This document shows, piece after piece, positions 36,652 through 47,100 of a stretch of 64,000 bases of DNA (the stretch's first letter is position 1; every line of letters begins with the position of its first letter). A model generated the notes under the pieces. The model was not told the DNA's origin and ran no database searches. It was given only the letters and a program-made list of their open reading frames with translations. The DNA comes from Hemiscyllium ocellatum (lineage: Eukaryota), in NCBI RefSeq assembly GCF_020745735.1, contig NC_083411.1, positions 17,505,263 through 17,569,262 on the forward strand, given 5' to 3'. Position numbers and translations under genes: made by a program.

Positions 36652-39600
36652 GTTTTTTTTAAAAATAAGTATTTTTATTGAAAACCTTTTAAAATCTTTT
36701 ACAAACATTTATATACAAAAAATACCATCAAAACAGAAAAGGCAGTACAAAAAAGGCCATAACACAGTACCATTGTTAAAGAAATGACCTACTATTCTAC
36801 CAGAACAAACGTATCAACTTAACTTAAACTAAATTCAAATAACTTAAATAATATCTCACTACTTTATCCTATTTCACTCATCACACCTCCACTGGGGCTC
36901 CCATCCCCAGGAGCGCCATCTACAGTACTTATATTCTTTTACCTCCAGTCTCCTCCTCCCAGAGACCCACAGGCACCCCCATACTGATTGCCACAGCTAT
37001 ACCATGGCCCTAATTAATATTGCTGATAAATCAGCATCAATAAGTTAAAAAGGGCCACCATGTCTTGTAAAACTGCTCAGTTTTGTGGTGCACCATATTT
37101 GTGAGGTAGTCTTGGGGAAGATGCTGCATAACCAGCCTGTACCACCCCATAAGACCTGGTGGTTTTTCTGACATCCAATTCACTTGAATGTTCTTCCTTG
37201 CACAATGGGTAAGAATATTACACACAATCTCTTCCTGTGTTCTCCCAGAGAGGGCAACCCCAAAAGAAATACCAGATCCTCATTAATTTCAATCCCCAGG
37301 ACAACGTTTAGCTCTCTTACTATAGCATTCCAGTATCTTTGGATCTTATAACAGGACCAGTAGCAGTGTGTAAGAGTGCCTATACTAATTTTACATCTGG
37401 GACACACTGATGATACTCCTTTCTTGAACTTAGCTAGCCTATCTGCACCATATGAGCCCCGAGTAAGATCGTCGATTGCATGGCCTGCACTGTTACATAC
37501 TGAGACTTTTCTTACATTCCCCAGCTGTCTTCTCATACCTCCGATGAAATATCCTCTCCTAACTCTTGATTCCATGGCTACAGAGTCCTTCCATGACCCC
37601 CAGTGCGCGATTTTTCTGTAAATGATATAAAATACTGAGTGAAAGAGCACCCATACATTGGAGTATTCTTTTCTCCATGTCTAATTTCTAACATTGATCC
37701 AGGAGCGTGGTCTTCCTCTGTATATAGTCCCTCATCTGGAAATATCAGAAAAAGGTCCCTATTAGACAATTTATATTTCTGACTTAACTGATAAATGACA
37801 TCAGGACCTGCCTCTTGAGTAAGTCTCCCATACAGAAGATTCCCCTGTTCTCCTATGCCTTAAAGCCTGAGCCCATTGTCCCAGGTTTAAATCCTTGGGC
37901 TCCCACCAATGGGGTAAATGACGAACTATTAGACCAATATTATACAGCTGCTGGAAGGAAAGGGTAATAAAAATTCCCAAACACAAAACAACCTTTTGGT
38001 GACCATCTAAACAGGAATTGCATTCCATCCTCCAGATTAAGCACCTCCACTAATCCCCCTACCAGCATGGCTTCTGATTTTGTAAAATTGATTCTGTAAC
38101 TGAGAAACCACCACATGAATTAATTGTTTGGATCAATCAAGGAACAGACTTCTCCGGATTGGCCAATTATGAAAGGACATTGTCAACATATAGGGTAACC
38201 TTATGCTCTCCCATTCCCACCTTTTTCGCAACTGTTTCAGGATCCCTCCTGATAGCTTTGGCTAACGGTTCAATCGCCAAGGTAAATAACAGCAGTGACA
38301 AATGACACCCCTGTCGACTACCTCTTCCAATATTAAAGTTATTTCACTTAATACCATTTGTAATGATTGCCACCTGAGGATCATTATACAGTACTGCTAC
38401 CCATCTGGCAAAGGATGTCCCCAAACCAAAACGTTCTAGAACCTCAAATAAATACAGCCAATCAAACATCTTTTCTGTGTCAAGGGAGACCACCAAACCC
38501 GGAATCAATCTTTGCTGGCATACCTGCACCGTGTTCAGTATTTTCCTAATATTGTTGGATGAGCTACGGCCCTTAACAAAACCTGCCTGGCCTTCTTTTA
38601 TAATATGGGGCAGGACCTTCTACAACCTCACAGTCAGCATCTTGGATAAAATTTTAAAATCTACATTCAACAGCGAAATTGGTATGTATGAAGCATATTC
38701 CTCAGGGTCCTTCCCTTTCTTTAAAATGAGGAAGATATTAGCCTCCCTGAGAGATGTCAGCAGACAATCCTGTGTGTAAAAATATTTGTACATCCCCGGA
38801 AGTGGCTCCACTAAAATGTTTACGAATTCCTTATAGAGTGCAGTTGGGAATCCATCTGGCCCCATGTGCTTTGCCATCCTGGAGATACCTTATTGCTTCC
38901 TGTACCATTAAAGGTGCATTCAAAAAGGGTAGTCTGCTCCGTACTTATATTGGGGAGGTCCAGATTTTCAAAAAAGGACTGCATTCCCATTGTACCGTGT
39001 TCACCCCCCTCCAACCAATATAGCTCTGCAGGTAATCGTACCAGCCTTCTCCCTAATATAATAGATGGGAAGCTTTTTTCCTCCTAGTCAAACAAGCCAG
39101 ATACCTACCAGGCTTATCTCCGAATTCAACCAATCTTTGTTTGGCAAAGGAGACCTTTTTTTTAATATAAGCCACTTGTGTGTGCATTGAGTTGAGAGCA
39201 GCCCGGAAAGCTGTGACCCACTGAAGCTTAAATCAATCACGGCCTATTATAATATGTTTTCTCATCTACCTTCAGCCAGGACTCCAGCATCGGTTGCTGC
39301 TCCTCCCTCAGCTTCTTTCTAGTCATCGAATATGAAATGATCTGATGGATTCCCAACTGCATTCTATAGGAATTCGTAAACATGTTAGCGGAGCCACTTC
39401 TGGGGATATGCACCTATTCTTACACACAGGATTGTCTGCCACCTTCTCTTAGGGAGGCTAATATCTCCCTCATTTTAATGAAAGGGAAGGACCCCGAGGA
39501 ATATACTTCACACAAACCAATTTCGTAAATATGCCATCGTGGCCTCCCAAAGCATTGCCGGATTACTAGCCATACCTAAACTACTATCCCAAAAGGCCCT

Positions 39601-41680
39601 GAACTCTCTCATAATATATTCAACAAATTTGCTATCCCCTAACAAAAATGGATCCATGCACCAGTGACGTACATCCATTCCACTACCCTTGATTTTAACA
39701 CCTAAATATGCTGGTGCATGATCCGAAACAGCTGTATTCCCAATTTTGCACGCCAATGTTCTGTCCAGACTGTCAGCTGGCATAAACACATGTCAATTTG
39801 CATATGGCACTTGTGTGGGTCGGAATAGAACATGAAGTCTCTTCCATTAGGGTGGAGGTACCTCCACACATTCACTAGTCCCAAGTCATCTCAGATATCC
39901 ACCAACTGCTTAGAGTGCACAGGCGTATCTGCCAGGCCTTTTGGCACCCTGTCAATCTCTGGATCTATTAGGCCATTAAATACCCTCCTATAATCATATG
40001 GCGAACCCCAAGATTCTTAATTTTCTAATTGATGCAATGGCAGAATTAAAGAGGGTGCACTGGGGGACAATATACATTCAAAACGCTGTATTCTTCTTTA
40101 AGTTTTAGGGCTTTAAGAATTTAAACTGTTTATGTTCATCCTTAATCTGCTCCGTTACCTGGAAAGGTAAGTTCCTTCTTATCAGTATAGCCACTCCTCT
40201 ACTCTTAGAGCTGAAGGATGAGAAAAATACCCTGTTGTAAGCCCCCTGCTGCAGTTTCAGATGTTCCTGATCAGTTAGATGAGTCTCTTATAGGAGGGCA
40301 ATGTCCACCCTTTCCTTCCCGAGGCTTGATAAGACCTTCTTTCTTTTAACAGGAGAATGGCTCCCTTTTGTTCAGGTGGTGCACCCGGAATATAAATCAC
40401 TAGCCATGGTCATCCAGGGCAACCTGTCATTTCCCAGGAGGAGGGAGCTTATCGAGGTGTGATGAATTACAAAGATATTAACTCGGAGATCTAAAAACTA
40501 TTCCTATAAGAACTACAACTAAAAAAACCCCGAAATAACCCCCAATTCGCTCGAGATCTTCCCCCTTGCCCATAGGGGACAGCTCTCCCAATCTTTACTG
40601 TCATCTTAACTCCCTTTAGCTGACATCATGCCCTAGCCCCAGGTAATTCACAAACGCGGAAAACCTGTCATTTACATTCTGAAAGTTAACAATGGATACC
40701 CATCTCCCACCCCACTCACCTCAGCCACAGATATAGCCACCCCAATACAAATTCGAGAGGACAGCAATATATGTAAAAAAGGAACCCTAGATAATACCCA
40801 ACCGACTGATATATAAAATAATTTTACAACTGTACATACAAAACCAATAACGAAACGGGATAGGGAGGTAGGAAGGGGGGGGGGGGGGGGTAGGAATAAA
40901 AAGCTCCCCCCACCAAAACTATTGTCCACTAATGATAACCCCTCTCCTCCCACCCCGACTCTGGTCCCTCACCTTTTCTGTTATAATACAGGAGTTGCAC
41001 AAGGACCGCACTGGGACACAGGTCCAGTCCGACCTGCGCATTGTAATCCGGTGAGCCCGCTCCACGCTTGCCAGGAACTTCGAAGGCTACTTCATGTTTC
41101 GGGAGACTCCCACTCCGTAAGTTTTTCCTTTTTTTTATTTTTCAGGTAGTTGATTTGATCCTGAAGGACCCGAACCTGGCCTTCCGGTGTTTGGATTCTT
41201 CCTCCCGAGATCTCCGCTACAGTCTCTGATGCCGCGGTCCTCTCCTCCACTGCCTCCAGCCTTCATTCCAGCAGTGGGATTTCCTGTTCATGCATCTTTA
41301 GCACGGCAGACAGTAGCTCAACTGCTGCTTGAATCCACTCTCAGAGTTTGGCAAACTCCGGCAGTAAGTGCTGCTGTCCTGCTGGATCCCAAGGGGCCAC
41401 CCCAGGAGTCTGAACACTCGATGCAGTAGGGTAGTGCCCTGTCTGCTGTGCTCCTTCAGGCCCCTTTCCTTTACTGGACTTCATCCTGGCCTTAAAGCTG
41501 TCCCAGACGATTTCAGCAGCTCCAAATAGCATGTTTAAATTAATACTTTTTTTTCCTCCTGGGAGTGGTTGATACCGGGGGGGGGGGGGGGGGGGGGGAA
41601 GGTCCACCTTGCCCAGGGGTAGGGCACAGAGCCCAGCACAGCAGACCATGCAGACTCCTGCCTTCTTGGATTTCCCCCAT
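36652..41680 (-). mobile_element. Decayed near-full-length L1-clade LINE
   Basis: A-rich tail near 36652-36690; CPRC...HCYWSC knuckle; RT motifs (GPDGFP, PISLLNVDFKILSK, GSRQGC.LS.LLF, LYVD); APE motifs (ETHL, SRGVAILI, SDHAP); long inter-ORF spacer; ORF1 remnants; GGGGGAAATCCAAGAAGGC 5' end. Many stops and deletions. Confidence 0.85.
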
Positions 41681-42399
41681 GTTACCTTTTAATAGGTAAA
41701 CTTACTTGATTCGCAAATATACAGTTGCAGCAGAGACCTTGCACTTACCTTTAGTTTGTACATGACAGCAGGAGGTTCTGTGCTTGCAACCAGCAAAGGA
41801 GACTCAGAAACAGAATTTAATGATATTCTTTACTTGGTGCGATGGTGCTGGCAGGTGGTCCTTTTGTTCAGTAAAGAACCAGCTTTCTATGTTTTGCAGT
41901 GGATGTTATACAAGAAATTGATGTTGCGTTCACTGCCATCAGCTTTGAAAGCCGAACTGTTATCAGGTTCACTCAGACAATAAACATCCATTATGGATGG
42001 GAACACAATTGGCTTGCAAAGTGTTACACAGAGCAGACAAAGAGAAGTTGTTTCCCCTGGCAAAATGATTAGCAACTCAAAGTCATAGATTTAAACATTC
42101 TTGTAGGGGGGGGGGGGGTGGGGGGGGGAAAGAATTAGGAACTCTCCCCCCGCACCAGAAAGTTAAGATCTGAATTATAGATTTAGATTCCACAGGAAAC
42201 TTAAAAAGGAATTGTGCATGTACTTGAAAGCTAATGCAGAAATACAGTTAATGTAATGACCTTGCACAGGCATAGTAAGCTGAAAGGCATTTTTAATCCT
42301 GGAAGCTTCTGATATCTAGAAACACCAATTAATAAAGTATAATGCCAAAAAACTTAAACTTCTGGATAAAACAGAACTGCACACACTTTGCTATTGGTA

Positions 42400-42912
42400 T
42401 TTATTGATTGCAAGTGTTCAACACTGTTGAAAACATAAACAATGCATGGAAATAAAGCAAAAGCAGAGCTCCGAGGATCAAAGTAGCAAAACTTCCTACT
42501 GAAAGAATTGTTTCAACAATTATACAATTGGAATGTACTTAGTAATCTTTTGATGCTGCACAAAAGTAAAGCCAACAGTGCTCACTGTTCTTAGTTTAAT
42601 TTGTTTTTGATTCTTACACGTTCTCGGACTCTGAACATATGTGCAACATCCAGACATTTCTAAATAAAAGCATAAAAATCCAGCAATGTAACAAATCAGG
42701 AATCAAGAAACAGGCTTAATATGTGCCTGCTCGTTTTAACTACATGATCCAAAGCTAGTTCACTCTTCACAAGTAAAATCTTCAAAATAAAACTGGCTAC
42801 TGAACCAACTTCCTTTCTCTCTTTCCCCAAGAAAATCACTGCACTGCAACCCACTCTGCCCTCAAAATTAATTTTCTGCTCCAAACTGGACCACAATTTC
42901 AGTACCTTTATT
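42400..42912 (-). terminator. Candidate UPF3B polyadenylation signals
   Basis: Minus-strand AATAAA at 42907-42912 and 42400-42405, giving a 3'UTR of about 1.0-1.6 kb. Confidence 0.5.
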
Positions 42913-43954
42913 GAATAAAAAGTGCACACATGCCTATCCATCCAAACAGGTTTCCAGAAGGTTAAACATCAATATTTAAAAACTCCACGTTTCTGTGTTA
43001 TCAGCACCCTCTGCTGGATGGCCAATGACTGCCATATTTTCAAAGGTAATGAATAGTGCCATGAATGAAAGACGTGTTGAAAGCAAAATTTTTGATGAAG
43101 AATAACTTCCAACTATTTTCCAGTAAGTTAGTATGTATTTTATAAATAGCTGGATGATCTGATAGGATTTTAAAAAAAAACTAGATTGGCACAAGAAGTG
43201 AACAAAGTTAGAATTTTCCAAGCTTTTCCCACAAATATCAGTAACCTAATAACGAAACTTCTAAAGGGTAGAAGAGTGGAACAGAAAAATTACATCACTT
43301 CCACACAGCGCTTTCAATACAAATTGCGACTGAAACTTGGACAAGACTAACCGTAAAATGCAGCAAGTATGACAAATGTGAAAAACAATGCTACTTTGTC
43401 CATTTCCTCCACATTCCCACTAGGTCTTTTCATTCATTCTGCAAGTGGAAAGGTTGATAAGGCCACTAAGAATTTGGTCTCCCATGCTATAAATCAGTAA
43501 ATGGTGCACCAAACATATTTTAAACTTACGACCTAAGTAAGTTACTAGCATTTGCTGGTATAATTCTGCTGTAGCTGACAGAGCATTTTCTTTATTTGAC
43601 ATCTGCCTACTGAAGCAAATGATGGGGTGTGTCATTAATATCATATCAAAGCTGTTGACGAGTATATTTTCAGAATCATTTGCACCTGTCTAGCAAGTGC
43701 AATGTCTAATTTACATCCCAGTTAACCTTCAAATCACAATATTCTTGCACTTTAGTGCCTGGTCACAATCATGATGGCAAAACAAGACCTCCATTCTTAA
43801 AATAGGGAAATTACCAGTTTCAAACATTTTATCTGACAAGAAATCCACACCAGCCTCGTTCTCTGAACTCCTCTCCAATAAGCACACTTTTGGACTTCCC
43901 TACACTTGGTTAGTGTGCTGCGACTGCTCAACCCTTGAATTAGCAGCAGCCTTT

Positions 43955-44122
43955 TCATTCTTCACTCTCCTTTTCTGCAATATTCCTGGAAGACTCAAAT
44001 TCCTCCTTTTTCTCCTCACTTGCTTCTGGTGACTTTATGCTGCTGTCATTAGACTTTGAACTGGTCATTAACCGGCTGCGACTCCGTGCTCCTGGCTGGT
44101 ACAGCTGCATTGTTGGTCGGTC
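43955..44122 (-). CDS. UPF3B: UPF3B exon 10 (DRPTMQLYQPGARSRSR...EKESEE*)
   Basis: Acceptor CAG; stop TGA at 43955-43957. Confidence 0.94.
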   Translation of the reverse strand, partial: DRPTMQLYQPGARSRSRLMTSSKSNDSSIKSPEASEEKKEEFESSRNIAEKESEE

Positions 44123-47100
44123 CTGTAAACATTAAAAAAGAAGTTAACTCTCAAACTCAACTACTCAATATCCGATACCTGAAAATACACTTCTGAAAAG
44201 GTGGATTAGATATCATATTTCCATAAGAAAAAAAATGCATTTTCTTTAAAGACATCAGCAATAATGCAATAAAATTTTAAAAGCAAAGCACACAATTTAT
44301 GTTTATTTCAAAGTAATGCTGTCAATATGTCAATCTTCAATTGTTGAAAATGGGACAACTACGTTGAATAAATTCAGAGGGAGAATGAGATATCTTTGAA
44401 GGCATTTCTCATTTTTTGAAATAAATAAATAAATAAATACATACATACATAAATAAATAGGTACATAGAGAACAACACAAATAAGCAAATAAACAAAAAT
44501 GTGTGTTAAGATATTACGAAATGGCTTTAATAGGTTGAGCTGCACTGCCAAAAAAAAACTGGTGGTTGAGTATTTTATTCCACACACGTGCATGTTTTAA
44601 AGAGCAGTAGAAGGTAGCATTGGCTTCACGAACATTCTCTGTTCGATTGTAAGACTCAATTAAACATCCTTGTACCTTATTTCGGATTCGTTCCTTCTTT
44701 GCTGTGCCATCCTCCTTCTTCTCCTCTTTTCCTCTCTCCAACCGGTCATAACTTGATGCAGCTTCTGAGCTTTCCTTCTTCCTGGTCTTCTCGCTTGTTT
44801 GATCATTTTCCTTCTTAATCTCTTCCTCCTTTTTTCTGAAAGATTTGTCTGCCTCACATCGCTCCCTCGGCTTCCATCGTTCTTCCTCCTGCCGTTTCCG
44901 ACGTTCTTTGTCCTTTAGCCTTCTCTCACGCTCCCGATCCTCTTTATCCCGGTAATCTCTTCCACTGTCATCTTCAACCCTGTCATGCCTAAAACAATAA
45001 AATGTTTTAAATTACCGAGTTTAAAAATGATTTGTTTTAATAAAAAGGACGCTGCCAAACATGCACTTAGTGACCACGACCTATTCCTATATGGTGCACC
45101 TTAAATCAAGGTTTTAAAAATGACTAGCTTTCTGTAATGCTAGAAGAATCAAATAAGTGTTGCTGAAAATAATATATTTTGAAGACTTTCATCTAGTACT
45201 CACTCATCAAGTCGTTCACAACAAAACCAAAATGTAAAGGGAACATTTTACATCATGAGTGAGTAAAAAATAAAATACCGAATGTGAAGAGAGTGGCTGG
45301 CATGGGAAAAAAAACCACTGACAGAAATGTATCGATTTTCAGCAATAACCAAGTCTTGGACTCTTGTCAAACATGTCCCATGATACAGAAGACCTATGTT
45401 GGCACACTAGATCAGTGTATTTTCTTTGTGAAAGATATTAGAAAATTAGTTGGATTGTTGTCACAATCTGGCAGTTTCCCATTCATTTCTTCCTAATGCC
45501 AACTAATAAATTAACAGATTTACTGACTTCAATTTCACAACTTGGTCAGAACATGGAATATCAGAGTTGAGATGTCTTATTGCAGCTGTACACGACCTTG
45601 GTGAGGCTACTTTTAGAATACTGCGTACAATTCTGCTTGTCCTTCCATTTGGGCGGCACAGTGGCTCAGTGGTTAGCATTGCTGCCCCACAGCACAAGGG
45701 ACCAAGGTTCGATTCCAATCTCAGCTGACTATCTTTGTGGAGTTTACACATTCTCCCAGTGTCTGCATGGTTTTCCTCCAGGTGCTCTGGTTTCCTCCCA
45801 CAGTCTAAAGATGTGCGGGTCAGGTGAATTGGCCATGCTAAATTGCCCATAGTGTTCAGGGATGTGTAGGTTAGGTGCATTAGTCAGGGGTAAGTGTAGA
45901 GCAATAGGCTTCCTGAAGAAGGGCCTATGCCCGAAACGTCGATTCTCCTGTTCCTTCAATGCTGCCTGACCTGCTGCGCTTTTCTAGCAACACATTTTTA
46001 AGCAATAGGGTAGGAGAATGGGTCTGGGTAGGATACTCTGAGGGTCGGTGTGGACCTGTTGGGCTGAAGGGCCTGTTTCCACACTGTAGGGATTTTATGA
46101 TGTATTCTATTCCATGATCTAGGAAGGACGTTGCTAAACTTCAGCGGGTGCAGAGAAGATCTACAAGGATGTTGGCAGTATTGGAGGTTTTGCGTTATAG
46201 GGAGAGGCTGAATAGGCTAGAGCATTTTCCCCCATCAAGCATAGAGGCTGCAAGGTCAACGCTCAGAAAGTTATACAACCACGAGTGGCATGGATAGGAA
46301 GAAAAGCCAAGGTTCATTTCCTAGGGTGGGAGAGTCCAAATCTAGAGGGCATAGATTTAAAGTGAGAGGGGAAAGATTTAAAAAAGGGCCCAAGAGGTAA
46401 TTTTTTCACACTGAGGGTGGCTTGTGCCAAAAGGAAATGGGGGAGGCAGGTACAATTACAACATTTAAAAAACATCTGGATGGGTATATGAATAGGAAAG
46501 GTTTTGAGGGAGTTGAGCCAGATGCTGGTACTGGACAGATTGGGATGTCTGGTCGATGTGTACAAATTGGACCAAAGGATCTGTTTCTGTGTGGTATTAC
46601 TCTGACTCCATAGGAGAAAGTGAGGACTGCAGATGCTGGAGATCAGAGTCAAAACGTGTGGTGCTGGAAAAGCACAGCAGGTCAGGATGAAGGGCTTATG
46701 CCTGAAACATTGTCTTTCCTGTTTCTCGGATGTTGCCTGACAGCTGTGCTTTTCCAGTGCCATGCTTTTCAACTCTGACTCCATAAACTAAGTATAGTAC
46801 ATTACAAGTTAAATAGTTAACTTATTTTATTAATATTTATTAAAGCAAACAGGTGCAAAAGGCAGTAGCAGGTATTCTAACATGCTAGATGAATGTGTGC
46901 TAAATGTTGCACAGGCTAATTCCCATCCGTTCCTTTTAACATTTGGCAATTTGGATTACTAGTCAACATCGCTCATTTCAAGCAACTTGAAAATGCAATA
47001 TCATCTTGGAAAAAAAATGGGATAACACACGCATCTCCAAATCAAAGGCTGTAGATTAAAGTCCCATTCCAAAAATTGAGACTTCAGTACAACACAGAGA

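Larger units (their letters stand above)
45545..46612 (+). mobile_element. CR1 fragment interrupted by a SINE, itself interrupted by a PLE terminus
   Basis: QLYTTLVRLLLEYCVQF at 45580; the CR1 resumes at about 46110. Confidence 0.8.

Noticed and set aside
41743-41900. Strong minus-strand donor AAG|GTAAGT downstream of UPF3B, suggesting a 3'UTR intron or extra exon
   Set aside because: Lies beyond the candidate polyA signals, with no identifiable acceptor or coding similarity.
41577-42128. Poly-G/poly-C tracts (also near 2295, 4752, 40874 and 49875) as G-quadruplex elements
   Set aside because: Simple homopolymer expansions, several inside repeats; lengths are unreliable and there is no functional context.
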